Assembly (NCBI GenBank): GCA_964016885.1 | Contig: OZ024741.1 | Coordinates: forward strand, 89,776,001-89,840,000 | Direction of reading: 5' to 3' | Source of the DNA: Eledone cirrhosa | Lineage: Eukaryota | DNA length: 64,000 nt | In this document: positions 16,832 through 32,282 of the stretch, one piece after another | Layout of the letters: every line of letters begins with the position of its first letter | Position numbering within the stretch: position 1 is the first letter of the stretch | Notes under the pieces: model-generated | Databases searched by the model: none | Told to the model about the DNA's origin: nothing | What the model saw: the letters and a program-made list of their open reading frames with translations, nothing else | Made by a program: the position numbers and the translations under genes

Positions 16832-17192
16832 CTGCAAGCAAACAGCCTCATAAACACCATGTGTGTTTTCTAGATGAACAACTTCATTCTTTTGTTCCAG
16901 CAGTAGCTGAGAGAAAACAATCGACATGTTAAGAGCGAAAACAAATTTTTCTTTTTAATTTTCGTAAAATCGCTCGGTATGCAAATGAGGCTAATCAGCC
17001 GATGTATACATTTGAGAATACTATGTATACTCAGCAGTTCCAGGGGATAGCAGACAGGAGGTTATGCAATCTTGATAAGGAGCAATAACTCCCAAACAAT
17101 TGTCGATTGTTTTCTCTCAGCTACCGCTGGAACAAAGGGATGAAATTGTTTATTTAGAAAACACAGAGTGTTTATGAGGCTGTTTGCTTGCA
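16832..17192 (+). mobile_element. Small element: inverted 3' arm, octamer module and degenerate HHR
   Basis: ~95-bp inverted arms (16832-16926 / 17101-17192); ATGCAAAT at 16979; CAATC-tTGATaA-GGAG(caataa)CTCC-cAAA-CAATTG-TC-GATTG at 17067-17109. Confidence 0.65.
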
Positions 17193-20100
17193 AAAAAATA
17201 ACGAATATTAATAATATTATGATATTTTTATAATATTATTATCATTCACCCACGAATACATTTAGGTATCCCCCATCTTAAGAGCTAAAACACACACACA
17301 CACACATATATATATGCATGTGTGTGCATGATTTTATGTGTGTGTGTGAATGTGTGCAATGTGTATGTGTGTGTTGTGTGAGGTGGTTGTAGTATGTGTG
17401 CGAGGTGTGTGGGTGTATGTGTGTGTGATGTGTGGTAGTGGTGGTGGTGTGTGTATGTGTGTAGTAGTGGTGGTAGGAGTGTGTGTGGTAGTGGTGGTAG
17501 GAGTGTGTTTATATGTGTATGTCTCATTTTTAGCCGATCGAGTGTTCCAGTCGTTTGGTGCTGGTCTGTTGCTAATGTGCATTATGATTGCTTTCTGCTT
17601 TGTTATCATAGTTCGCTGTTAATACAACTTCTCTGACTAATCCAGTTTTTTGTGTGCTTTATCCCCTATTCTATACACGATACATAGCAGCTAATATTTT
17701 TCTCCCTTTTTTGTGTTTGATTTTATTTGTTTATTTATTTATTTATTTTGCTTTCTTTTGTTGTACTATATAATAGCGTTGCAATGACATAGTTGTAAAC
17801 CCATAGCCTATGGTATTTGTTAAGTCCAACGAAACAATTAGAATCCTAAATTTCGCCAACTTTTATGCCTGCATCTGAATGTGTAAATAACATTACTCAT
17901 CTGAAGTTACCCGGCCGCTTGCTCGCTTCTGCCTTGTTAATGGTGAAGAGATTATTATATTTTTTCGTGTTTTTGAAATTATATTGTTAACACATTAATT
18001 ATGAATGAGATTGAGCGTAATGCCTGTTATGTTTCTGATTAATGAGTTTCTTCTTCCTGTGTTAGTCAGAGTTGTTAGAATGTCGGATAGACTACTACAC
18101 GATATTCATTCCAGCTCTCTGCGCTCTGAGTTCGAATCCCGGTCGACAACAAAGTACCAGCATAGTACTGCGGTCTATTCTTCCTTTATATTTCTTTCCC
18201 ACTTCCTCTCTCCAGTTTGCACTCTCTCTTTCTCTAAAAGAAAACGACTGTGTTAAATCCTATAGAAGGATGTGCTCCGCCAGGTTTAAAATTCCCAAGA
18301 TATGCCGTATATCCCCATGGCATCTATACGGCACCAATAGGAGTTAAGAGTCCATAGTACGGCAAAGCATATGTTCATCCATTCTATAGTCAGAATAGAT
18401 CTAGTTTGTGTGTCGTTTGTTTATAAGTACTGGATGTCGTTTCTGCGGTATGTATTGCTTTGGAATTGTTTCTGCGTATCATGAAGCACACATGAAGAAA
18501 TTTTCAATAAAAACGCTAAATCTAGAAGATAGTCATAGTTTCATTACCTCTATCACTCCACACGCACCAAAACTATCTATCGCTTTCTTACCCGCACACT
18601 AACTCTCTCATGTGTATATACCCCCCTCTCTCACACACACATGCACATATATGTATTTGTGTATGTATCTATACTTATCTTTTATGTGTGTACAGGACCG
18701 GATTTGTAAGTTGACGTCTAAAAAAGACCCCAAAAAACTAAAGACACGTTAGATAATTTAGCGTTACAAATATATCTGTAAAAAACATAAGGTAATATTA
18801 TGAAAATAAGAAACAATGGAATACCATTGATCAGTGAACTGCTTGGTCAATACTGACCTGGGGTTAAGCGCATCTTCAAGCAATCAACTTATTCTATACT
18901 TTCAGTCCAAGAAAAACACCGAGGGCTGAATATCTATTTATATATATATATACGAAATAGACAGAGTTACGTTAACATAATTGTATTATTCATTGACTAG
19001 TCCGTTTAGTAATATTGTTGTGGACGTGTTTTCGTTGGCAATCGTCTGTTTACGACAGTACAGCGCGGCTCTACTTTATTTAACTGAGATAAAACTTATA
19101 TGAGCATGAACAGTAGATCATTACGCATCTTTTGGCTTAAAAATCTAGAAATTTGGTCCAGCGGGAAAAAGTTTATAATCAAAGTTTGCTGATAAATATT
19201 GTGTTCAAGTGAGTGAGTAGTAAGCGTGACGCTAGGGGAGGTAATCCAGAAATGACGACGTTTGGAAAAGTTTAATTACTGCATGAAAGAAATGATTCAA
19301 AAATTGAACTTGCCCAATCTTCACAACATTGAAAATTGGTCAAAATTTGACAAATCTCACTTCAAACCAGATATGATTAATTTGAACAATGTTGGAAATC
19401 TTAAATTCACACAAATTTTTGCCAATGTTTTTGCCACCTGATCCTTGTTCTATGGCTGACTGACTAATTTTGTGATTTAATAAAATGTCATCATACTAGT
19501 AATGCACAATGGTCATTTTTAAATTTAAATTTTATTAAATAGTTGTTGCTTGCATTGCCTTAAAATAGTAACAAGAATGTACACATACTTTTTAAAAATA
19601 CATCATTATCAGTCAAATCAGTCAAATGTCACTAAAAGCCAGGTGGTCGATAACAACTTCTATAAGATTAGTTACATGCTCACACATTGGATCACCTCTC
19701 ATCAATGGCATTGGGTGTCTGAGATAATCGTGGAGATAACTGATGAAGTCACAAATGAAGTGATGGTCTTCCAGTGTGAACAACTCCCTATATACATTGA
19801 TTTATGTGATGGCTTCCGATTCATAGGTGCATTGTATGAGGAATTCCATGCATCCGATTTTCAGTGATTCAATGGGCATTTTATCAGAGATGATAAGGTA
19901 TTTGACCACGTTTTGCTTTGTAAGTAAATTGGAGAGAATCACTGCAGTCAAAGTCATTTCTTTGCATGGGTTTTTGTCCATTCTAAAAAGTTAAAATGAT
20001 AAAGTATTACTACTATATAACTTACATCTATTGTTGTAACACCATTGAAATGCACAAGTTTCACCAATTCACTATTATGCATTAATCATCTCAAATGCAT

Positions 20101-20254
20101 TCATGATTTACTAGCTTTGTCATTAAGCCAGTTACCTCAACTAGATTGCAATTATACTCAAAAGAACTTTAAAATGTCAATCACTTGTCAGTAATTCACT
20201 ATGATCATTTAATTATTAGATAGTTGTTGCTTGCATTGCCTTAAAAAATAGTAG

Positions 20255-21350
20255 ACCAGATAGAAAAATGCGTACAGCAAAAAAAAGTAATATTGTTGGA
20301 ATATAAACCTTTAAAAATACAGGACTAAGAAACTAAAATAAAACTTTAAAAGAATAGGACAAGAAACTAAGATAAAACTTTAAAAGAATAGGACAAGAAA
20401 CTAAGATAAAACTTTAAAGAATTGGACAAGAAATAAAAAATTTTACAATAATATTAGTGGCAAAATTTTTTTATTCGTTTCCTGTGCTATGCCCCAGTAT
20501 CTTCTTGATTAGTGCATAATAATTGTCATGCTCTCATTGTGCGTTGCCCCTGAGCGGTTGGTTCTGGTTGGGGTTGGTTGGCTGAGCAGTTCTGCTCCGT
20601 CAGAATGACCATTGCAAGAAGAATTGACTGATGCAGCTGCAGGTTTCCTCCAAGAATGCACTTCTGGTCCCGCAACACCAGACGAAGATGGAGAAGACAA
20701 CCGGGATAAGATGTCGACTCTGACCACCGACTACGGCACCTCCCTCAACCACCGGTCCTCCCTCCTTCTGTCCCGTCATCCCTCCAGTCCTCCTGCTCCC
20801 CCTTCCTGTACCAGAAAGCTGTGGCACGCATTCATCTGGACTGTCGGACTTGAACTCAAGGACAAGATGCAAGGAGAAGATGGACGGGTTGGTCAAGATC
20901 AAGGATGAGCGGGACGACAAGACCGTCCGCTGCTGCTCAAGATCTGTGCTCATGGGCCCATGGGTCCATTCACATTATGCATGACACATGAGGCGTGTCG
21001 CCGAATGATGAAATAGGGGTATGGTTATGGCCCAATTGGTGTTCAAACCAGGATCAAATGACCCCCCCGGTCTGACGACGACCTCTGAATGTGGAACCCA
21101 GAGCCTATGAATGTGGAACTCGATTTTTTACCAATAAAAATTTTGCCACTAATATTATTGTAAACTTTTTTATTTCTTGTCCAATTCTTTAAAGTTTTAT
21201 CTTAGTTTCTTGTCCTATTCTTTTAAAGTTTTATCTTAGTTTCTTGTCCTATTCTTTTAAAGTTTTATTTTAGTTTCTTGTCCTGTATTTTTAAAGGTTT
21301 ATATTCCAACAATATTACTTTTTTTTGCTGTACGCATTTTTCTATCTGGT
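20255..21350. repeat. ~220-bp near-perfect inverted repeat enclosing a GC-richer 650-bp core
   Basis: 20255-20475 is the reverse complement of 21133-21350. The arms contain a ~34-bp tandem unit (aggacaagaaactaagataaaactttaaaagaat). The right end abuts (TA)n. Confidence 0.85.
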
Positions 21351-21754
21351 ATATATATATATAGTATATATATATATACCTTGCTTCCTTAACCTCTGTA
21401 TTACCTTACCGCCTATATTGTTGTTATTGTTGTCTTATCCATGCATGATTTGTTATTGATGCTGTGAAAGCTAAACAACCCCATGATTCGAACTAACAAT
21501 CCCTTCATCTAATATAGACCACTTAAATAATGAATCCGCTTTACACCACATAAAAAAACAGGCGGGTAGCGATCTCTAGACCTACCAATATATATATATA
21601 TATATATAACTGTTTCTACGTTAGGCACAAGGCCAGCAATTACCCAGTGCATTACTGGTACTTTATATATATATATATATAACGAAGGAAATGTGGTAAG
21701 GAACCAGGTGGACCATAACGTACTCAATACTTAGGGTAGTAGAGTGGGTAATAG

Positions 21755-21869
<115 letters not shown>

Positions 21870-22566
21870 AAGAGTGACATGGTTTGCTATACAATAAGGG
21901 CTTTATTCACATTGCTAACAATATATATATATATATATATCAGTAAACAGAAACAAGGCAAAACGAAAAACAATTTTTTAAGGAGAAACCTTAAAAAAAA
22001 AAACAATACAAAGGAAAGACAGAACGTTGAGTGGGCTTTGGCAGTTTCAACCCCCTACCAACGATATACTACCCGGGGTCACAGCGTCTGACACAAGTCA
22101 AACGCTGTCCAATGAAGAGACAAAACATTAATTTATAGCAATTAAGCTACAAGTACACATAGAATTTTATGTGACATCAGGGAGAAAGTGTGATTCTTCC
22201 TTAATAGCAAATGTTTGTTGTGTTCCAAATGACCCTTCATCAAAATCTCTGTATGGCGAGTTTAAGAAATTTAGTTCCGTACTTTACATTATTTATCCAA
22301 CCTTATCCTAGAAAAGTACCAGCAACATATTGGGGTCATCTATATAACATTTCTACAAGCTAAAATAACTGTATGGTGATGGTGGTGAAATTATGGTGCT
22401 TCAGTGCTTTGACATTGAGAAAGCATTAATTATATTTTTTATTAGTCTTGCTTCGACTAGCATCACCACCTGCTTTATAACCCATTTCTCCTTGCACAAG
22501 AACCATTATCACTTAACTACATGACACTACCCCCCTGGCATAACAACATTACCCACCACCACCACC

Positions 22567-22598
<32 letters not shown>

Positions 22599-22602
22599 CA
22601 AT

Positions 22603-22633
<31 letters not shown>

Positions 22634-23415
22634 TCGACAACACCACAGTCAATTACAATTATAATTATATCAAGAATAAATATCAACAACCACGACCATC
22701 ATTGCCACAGCCATTGCGCCTCCACCGCTGCTAACCCTAACCCATCACTACCAGTGATTATTTTAACGTGCAGTTGAACCCCGCCGCTTGTGTAGTTCTA
22801 AATCTAATTTTGTGCAGTAAGTTTATATTTTGTGTCAAATATTACAAGTGTTTGTAAGCTAAATGATGGTTGAAATACTTAAAACACTCATAACTTTTAA
22901 AACTAACTATTATAAGTGCTTCTTTCTCAGACTCAGAGAATATCAACTACTCGTTCATGGCCGCTGCTTCAAAGATTTGTGCAGTTCACAATTTCCTTAA
23001 ACTGAACCCTGACAATTCATTTTATTTCAGCCCGAATACTGTTGTACGGGTTAAACAACACTTAACATCGACACACAAATTCGGGGTATTGTGACTATTT
23101 GAAATCAATAGATAATAATACTATAGCCACGCTCTGATATCTATTCTATATTATATTTGTCTTGTTAAACCCAATTACATGACGTCATTGAGATGTTTCT
23201 AGGTTTCAGACAACACATGATTCATCTCATTGATTTATTACCCTCTCATCTCACTTTCATCACATTTTACACTTCCATTTCCATCTTTGTTAAAATAAAT
23301 CTTTTCTTTGTTATTGTATTGGATGTTTTTTTGTGATAGTGATATATATGTAGATATATATATACACATATATTTGTTTTGCGAGGTTTTTGACATGAAA
23401 TCGTGTGTCGAAACA

Positions 23416-23755
<340 letters not shown>

Positions 23756-23786
23756 ACATATATGTGCGTATGTATATGTATGTATG

Positions 23787-24150
23787 TATCGTTTTCGGTA
23801 CGCCCACCCGACTAACTCACTCGATATGCAAATTAGACTGCTCACCCGTTAATATGCATAGGGAAAGTATATACTTTCAAACGTTCAATCATCTGACAGA
23901 AAGGTATGCTGACGATAGGTAATAAGCTTGAAACTAGTACATCGTTCCTGTGTCAGTGTTGAACAAAAGGACGACGATCGTTGCCGAGCACTGTACGGCG
24001 TAATTCGGGCTGTTTGTTTACAAACAAACCGAACATTATAATAAATGTTCGGTAAACCCATACGTACATATATATATATGTGCATGTATGTATATATATA
24101 TACATACTACTGTACGTCTGTACACATATATGTATGTACGTATACATACT
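23787..24150 (+). mobile_element. Diverged single monomer of retrozyme-like family A
   Basis: Alignable to the 468-bp unit; ATGCAAAT at 23826; HHR core CTGACGA..GAAACTAGTA at 23909-23939. Confidence 0.85.
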
Positions 24151-24168
24151 TATATATATATATATATT

Positions 24169-24225
<57 letters not shown>

Positions 24226-27200
24226 TGTATGTGTGTGAAACTATGGCATTGTGAACGGATGAGGAAAGAGGTTATGTCTTTGCTCACCAACCGTCACTCA
24301 ATTGACAAGAGAGGAAGGAGAAAACGAAGGGAGTGATATGTTGTTGTTCTCTAGATCGATGCTGATCAACTGTATAGATTTTCACCCAAGCCTCGCTGAT
24401 TAAGCCTCTATTATTATAACACACTTAGCGACATGCTTCTCTATACTATCATCAGGACTACTATGTCCATAACCTCTATACCCGTCTCCACTCACTCATC
24501 GCATCACCATCATGACTACTAACATGGCCGCCGCCACCACGACTACGACAACGACGACGACCACCACCACCACCACCACCACGACCACCACGACCACCAC
24601 TACTACCATCACCACAATTATTACCATTAGTACCATCACCAAAAATACTGCAAATGATAGTATATTTCCATTCATAACCATGATAGTCACATCAATATAA
24701 TTTTCATTGGTTTAACACTTTCACAACTGGAACTCGTGTGTCTCGATAATGAAGGACTCCGTATTTATCTCTGAATGAAGATATATACCAATTATGTCAA
24801 TGTAAGGTTTAGAGATAAGAAATGTTAAGGGCAATGTTGTAAGTGCTGGCCCTTAACCTCTTAACCAACCCCTCACAACGGACGAACTTTTCTGAGTTTA
24901 TAGTTTATCAGAACAAACGAGAGGAGAAGTAGAGAGAGTGACTTAATTATATATATATGGGTCACTCACAATTTTCGAGAAACTTACATTAGTTAAAAGC
25001 TAGGTAGCTAACTGATAACATCGTATTAAAACCTCTCTCTCTGGGGTTTTCTCTTCAAACTCTAAATCTACATTGAATTACTGATTAATAATCAGTCAAC
25101 TGATAATTTATCGCAACATCTTTGGAGGAAGGGACTAAACTGGCTCTGATGAGGAGTAAAACAGTTCAACCAGTTGGTTTGATCTTCATCCTATACCGCC
25201 GAAATGACTTTCGAAAACGTAATTTTAGAGCAAGACTAAATACTTATGAATATGACTTCGTGTGGACGCAGCACGGCCGAACGGTTAAGAAGTTCGCTTT
25301 GCAATCATTAGGTTCCGCGTTTGATCGTATTGCATAACATCCTGAGTAAGCGCCATTTATCATAGCCTCGGGTCAATCCAAGTCCTATGAGTGTTATTGG
25401 GTAGACGGAAACTCTATAGAAGATGGTCGGATAAACTGTAGCTGTAATTCAAATGATCAGGCCTGTCACACATTGTGTCAGGTTAAACTTCCCTGAGAAT
25501 TACTTTAATGGTACACGTGTCTCTGGAATGGTCAGTCACTTACTCGTTGATTCATGAGCAGGATAATCTATTGATTGAACAACTGGAACACTCACCGCCG
25601 AAACCGACTGAGGTCCATCCCATGACTTCGTCTATTTATTTACAGCCCACGCTTTACTTTTGTAATCATACTCTACTTGGCAATGAAATTTCTTATTTAG
25701 ATTGTTGGTGATCGGATTTTCTTTATCTTAAATAGTCATATTATTGCCTCTAGCAGCCACTCATACATGCTCTTCCACTTGACTTTTACGGTAGCAGGGA
25801 AGATAATCCTTCGTTAATTATCGCTTATCAGTTATCGTGTCTTTTTTTGCTATGTCCAAGTCATGTGATAAATCATTTTTTAACAAATTTTTGTTTGTTT
25901 GTGTATTTGTTTGTTATTCAATAAATAAATGGATGATTTCTCAAGTTGGCACAAGACCGAAGACGCCTTTACATGGTTAGTTGATATGTTAGAAATATAA
26001 GCTAACTCCCCCTAAAATAACATACCCATGCATAAGTAGTTCTATATACCCTTATCAGTCATGGTTGGAATGCCTTTGAACTTAGGTTTGCTCGATCAAT
26101 GGTGGCTTGAGTCTAAACATCAACAATTAGATTGAATAATTCCTAGTACATGGCTGATATTTATTTTCTCTACCGCAGAAGGATGAAGAACATTGACAAG
26201 GCCTGTTGATATATTTTCTCAACCTCAGAATGATAAAAAGTAACGGAGGGGCCTGTTGATTTTCGTAATGGCTTAGTCAGCGGGCAGTGTCCATAACAAG
26301 TTTCAGGCCATCTGCGTCTGGCAGGAGGAAAGGAGGATGTTAAACTTTATTTGTATCAATTTGAGCTGAGAACACAAAAAGAAGTGACTAAATACTAGAG
26401 GGTGATTTTATCTGGTTCCCTACCATTTCTGCTGTCAATCAACTTTCAAGACGTTTGTTAATGGTTGATTTCATTAACCAAAGTACTTGACTGGTACTTT
26501 ATTTTATCTTCGGTTCTTCCATGAAAATTTAAAAAAAAAAGGTACCGACGGTAGAGAAGAAAGAGATATGCAATTATATAAACGAACATTTGTTTGGTGA
26601 TAAAGGAAAAAAGACGTGTACAGCTGCGCCTGTTGATTATATATTTCTAGTCGTAATATTTTTATGTATTTATCTCTGCTTTTGTTGAAAGACACCCGTA
26701 AATGTTCCAGTTCATTATTTGTTGTATCCCGCCGAGCTTAACTTTGCCTTTCATCCTTATGGGGTCAATAAAATAAAGTACCAGTAATGCTCTGGGTAAT
26801 TACTGGCCTTGTGCCCAAAGTAGAAACAATTATTTGTTGTAATAGTATATCATATGCATCTTACCAACAGAGCAGTTCGCCAAACTAGCATTAAAAGTGC
26901 AATACCACCTTAAATACTCGAATTACACGCCAGCCGGTGGTTGACGAGGTAAAGATGTAGTTGTTCGTCTTATGTAACTGTTTTTCTATGTGCTTTTCTG
27001 CTGATACTATATGAACATATATTTGTTTGGTAATAGAGAAAAAAAAGTCTAAAGTTTTATAAACAAACAAAATACAGAGCATGGTTGATATTTATTGTAG
27101 AGTGAAACGATCTTTAGAAATAGGCTGAGGTGAATTCTAGAATTTGTTTTATTGCTTAACAAGCAGAAAATACCAAAAAACAAGTTTGTTAATTCAAATG

Positions 27201-27564
27201 TTTGTATTATCTTTAGTAGTGGGCATATTGTCTTTGAAAATGTTCAGTATTCCAGTGAAGACTTTAATATTTAAAGTGATGCACTTATGTTTTATGCGGT
27301 ACGAGCCAATGAGAGTTACAAAGAGATTGAGGCGTATACGCGGGCATGTGAGTATTTTCCTTTGTCGCTATGCTAGTATGATTTAAATCATTTAAATATG
27401 TCAGTAATACAACGCTAAATGCTGAAGGATCCATGTCCCTTGGCGAGCTAAATATATTTTAATGGTGTATGTATATACGCATGTATGTATGTATGTATGT
27501 ATGTATGTATGTATGTATGCATACATTCGCACACACACACACACACGCACGCACGCACGCACAC

Positions 27565-27632
<68 letters not shown>

Positions 27633-27771
27633 ACATGCAACCACGCACGTGTTTCAACAGTTTAAGAAATTTGATAAATCATTTCAAGTTGAATACTTTT
27701 TAAGAACAAATTTTAGTTGGACAACCGTTATGAGATATGCAAATCAGATTAGGTTACGTACTGAACACACG

Positions 27772-27888
<117 letters not shown>

Positions 27889-27891
27889 CAG

Positions 27892-27948
<57 letters not shown>

Positions 27949-28999
27949 GACAGACACACATATATATAAATATTAGCAGCACCACTAACATAGCGTAGTT
28001 CATATTATGAAAGCACATATAACATGTTTATGTGTAATAAGTATAAATAAGTCTTGCTATTGTTCTTTAAGCTGTCATCATGTCGCAGCTGCCTCGGAGA
28101 ACGCCAGACACTAGTGTTTCAGGATTTCTATCTATCTTCCATGACGTTTACTTAGTTGATCAGCTGGAGATGCTCATTTGCATATAGTGCGGACCTGATA
28201 GCAATAACGGCATGGTTCATAATAGAGGCATATATGAAAGTATATACGATATGTTTATGTAAAATAAACCTACATCTTGTTACTGTACCCTAAGCTGTGA
28301 TCACGTTACAATTACGTCAATGGCCGTGTGAGGACACCACTTTCTAACACGGCGATATAAAGAAACTTATGTATGTTTATTAAACATAAATATATCGTAC
28401 GTGCTTTCATACTTTCAGTTATCTCTCCCCCTCTCTCTATATATATAAAATAACGTTAAAGAATGTATATATATATAAAACAAAGAAAGTGTGGTAAGAA
28501 ACCAGGTGTACCATAATGCACCAGAGTACTCGATACTTAGGGTAGTATAATGGATAATAGGAAAAGAGTCAGCACCCCGACGGTTGAGCTCTGATCCGAA
28601 CTATTTAGTTCGGATCTAGCTGTCGATATATATATATATATAAAAAAACAAATAGTAGAAAGGAAAAAGATTTTTTCTGTAGAAAATGTTGAAGAGATTT
28701 TTTTAGTGAAATTTCAAAACATTAATTTATTTACAATATCGGTTTCAGCATTAAATGCATTGTCAATTGCGGATATGCAGAATATTGTTAAGTTGCATAT
28801 TTGTACAAATAGTGAAAATAATGATAATAACAAAAAAAAAACAAGAAAAAAAAACATATATATACGTATATATATGTAAAGAGGGGAAGAAAAGTTTATT
28901 TTCACATACGTGGTCCTTCAGAGAAGAAAGTCATTTTGTCAGTCCATCCTACTCTGCTAATGGCTTTGTTGTGACTGAAGTCACAAAAAAGCCGTGGGA

Positions 29000-29052
29000 G
29001 GGACAGTCCTGACGAAGACCAGTCAAGTCTGAAATGCATAGACGGTTGTCCC
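29000..29052 (+). ncRNA. Type I hammerhead ribozyme
   Basis: GGGACA-GTC-CTGACGA-AGAC(cagtcaa)GTCT-GAAA-TGCA-TA-GAC-ggt-TGTCCC: bulged 9-bp stem I, palindromic stem III, AUA triplet. Confidence 0.85.
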
Positions 29053-29167
29053 CCTTGCTTCTGCTAGACACCACCAGAGGGCGTTAGCCCCGATGTTTGA
29101 ATAGCTACGGCTTCCTAAAACCGTATTTCTTTAGAAATACGAAATATATATATATATATATATATAT

Positions 29168-29363
29168 AATTAAGTTAAAAATGTAAAGTGACCAGTGAAA
29201 AACTCGGTACATCTACATATGTATACGTGTGTGTATTCATATGCATACTAGTATTTCAGTATACATATGTGGATGTACATTTTTAACTTAATTGTTTAAG
29301 CGTCAGTCATACAAAAGTGAGTTACAAACGAAACGAAATTTAATTTCGTTTCGTTATTTGTTT
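29168..29363 (+). mobile_element. Fragment of retrozyme-like family B with a short inverted 5' arm
   Basis: Matches 41215-41318 and 40803-40920; flanked by (TA)n on both sides. Confidence 0.8.
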
Positions 29364-30320
29364 ATATATATATATATATATATTAAAATAACAGATTAAA
29401 GTTTAAGCAAAGAATCGCTGCTTTCACCCTTAACAGGATCTTCTGAAACAAAAAAAACAAAAACAATCTGTGAACGCAGAAGTAAATATTTTGAAAAACG
29501 TTGCCACCGAAGAAAAACAGGAAGACGATACTTTGGTTCGTGAAGATGTTCCCGGGCAATGAGCGGAAAAACTCGAAGGTAATACGTCGTTACGTGGAGC
29601 GGTGAGAACAATTACACGCAAAGACAAAACCACGTTTATGGTATAAATGGAGTCGTAGACTAATATTCTAGTTAGGAAACCGAATGAATCTCGGCTTCGG
29701 AGTTATGAATAATGTAAATAAATTAGTAGAACGAAAATGACAGAAGTTATTAAAATCATAAAAGTAATAATAATTGAATATATACATACACACATCTAGA
29801 TACGTACATACACGTGCATACGCAAAAACACCCGCCATGCATGCACATACACATAAACACGCGCACACGTACACAAATCCGTGCGACACATGTAACCGCA
29901 CACATACGAACGTACGCACTAAATACACATAAAAAATATGTGTGTGTAATTACATAAACATGTGTGTAATTACATAAACGTATATAAATATACACACATA
30001 AATACGTATATAACGCACGCACACACATACCTACAGGTAAATATACATATGTTCACCAAACTTACGTATACCAAAACTCAATGTACACATATACACACCT
30101 TACATACTAGCAAACACGCATACACGTATACACACACGAACACAAAATACACATATACCAGTATATATAATATAATATATACACCTACAACAAATACAGG
30201 CATATATACGTACGAGAAAGTATACGTACCTCCACAAACATACGGGTAAGGTATACTTACCTATACAAATAAGTAATGGTATAAACATAAAATATACATA
30301 GCTACCGCGTATTGTTCGTA

Positions 30321-31025
30321 CTATCCGTTAGGGTATAATGTGGGGCTGTAATAAAGGAAAGTTCTATGCAATTTGTGTTTACAAGCCGAAATTACCTCAG
30401 ATTTTTTGTTTAAGATGTGATCATTGGCGTAGAGTATTTCCAGGGCTTCAGCGGCGCAAAGATCGCATGGTCTTTTATTTCCGTTATACGATCTAGCTTT
30501 AGCTAGGATATCCCAGTGTAACTTATATTGGGTGTGGTTGTCTTTTAGACTCCAGATATATGCTGAAAGTGACGTCATATTCCTACTTAAAGGGTTAAGA
30601 AAAGAATGGGTGTGCATGTAAAAACGCTGCTTGAATCTATTGGCGGTTAACGCTATGTAGGCTCTACTGGACGTGGGTGTTTCTGACCTTACATTTGTAG
30701 ACAATGTTACTGGAGAGGCATTTCTCGGATAGAGGGCAGTCAACCCGATTCCTACAATTACAGTTAGTACTAGCCACTGGGTTGCACGTGTTCCTACGGC
30801 TAGGTAATTTAGCTAAATTTGAAGCAGTGATGTTATGTGCGAAGTTAGTAGTCGTAGAGTAAGATATTTTAATGGTATTTCAATTAAAAATGTTATTATA
30901 TTTATGTGCTGAGGGGAAATGCTTCTAGATAAGGGAGAGAAAGATCTTAGCTAATGGTGTGGCCACCTCCATATTATATGGTGGGTTATACCATATAATG
31001 CGTCGGGATCTATTTTTCCTAGGTT
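30321..31025 (-). pseudogene. Degraded PLE (Naiad-like) thumb plus GIY-YIG fragment
   Basis: RRIIWYNPPYN..KIFLSLI*KHFP..NCNCRNRVDCPLSEKCLSSNIVYKC..YIALTANRFKQRFYMH..CDLCAAE..LNKKSE; stops and frameshift; homologous to the 45390 ORF. Confidence 0.85.
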
Positions 31026-31123
31026 TATATATATATATATATATATAGGAAAAAGTATGACCCCGACGGCAGAGCTCAAGCCGTTTCGACGGCCATTTCT
31101 GGTTCATTACCACAACTCCTTCG

Positions 31124-31177
<54 letters not shown>

Positions 31178-31246
31178 AGTTAAGAACTCAGGGTAGTCCC
31201 TTACAATTAAATAGTTCTAAGAAAAGAGCTTTTCCGAGCCGTACAA

Positions 31247-31821
31247 TATAATTGAATAAACAAGAGAGATGAACACTAATGTAAACATACATGTGTTCGA
31301 ATCGTAAGGACCAAAATTTGCTAGGGTGAAAAAATACTAACTACAGCAATATAGTTTGTTATCCTTAACTTTAAATATTAAATTAAGAAAAATAAAGAAA
31401 AATAACATACCTATATTGGGCAAAAATGCCTGGTAACAACTAGACAGTGATGGAGACTGTTTCACAACGACTTATTAAGTGAAGTTCTCACGTTTCTCTG
31501 TTCATCGGTAGTTGTTGTGAAATTAGTGATCCTTTCACTTCTAAAAATATTAGAGAATGAATTGTGTACGATATGAATTATCGCACGTGTCTTTCATAAC
31601 TCAGCTTGTCTCGAAATTCCTTGCCGCTAAAAATAGCAGCCTGGCATTTTCCCCCAATATAGGTCTGTTATTTTTCTTAATTTTTCTTAATTTAATATTT
31701 AAAGTTAAGGATAACAAACTATATTGCTGTAGTTAGTATTTTTTCACCCTAGCAAATTTGGTCCTTACGATTCGAACAAATGTAGGTTTATATTAGTGTT
31801 CATCTTTCTTGTTTAATCAAT

Positions 31822-31825
<4 letters not shown>
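31247..31825. repeat. ~185-bp inverted repeat element next to (TA)n
   Basis: 31247-31431 is the reverse complement of 31642-31825. Confidence 0.8.
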
Positions 31826-31907
<82 letters not shown>

Positions 31908-32007
31908 ACATATGTATATTATTATGATAAAAATCGTGGAGTGCTTTACATCTGTCAAAAAAAGTCGACAGATTTTCAATCAACCAACTTTCTTTTTAAT
32001 TGTATAA

Positions 32008-32083
<76 letters not shown>

Positions 32084-32282
32084 TTAAGGATACTATTTAT
32101 GGTTATGTATATACTAAAACCTTTTATAGTTATATATATTTTATACCCTAAATAGTGAAAGACAGTAATTTATTACTATCTTATTACCAGTAAGATAAAT
32201 AGCTCAATGTAACAACATCAGTTGTTTTACAGAGCAGTTATATAGAGATTACATGAATCAAAGTTCTGTTTAAATCATTTAT

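Noticed and set aside
31450-31512. Minus-strand CCGATGA...GAAACAGTC as an HHR
   Set aside because: Stem I cannot be formed convincingly, so it is left uncalled.
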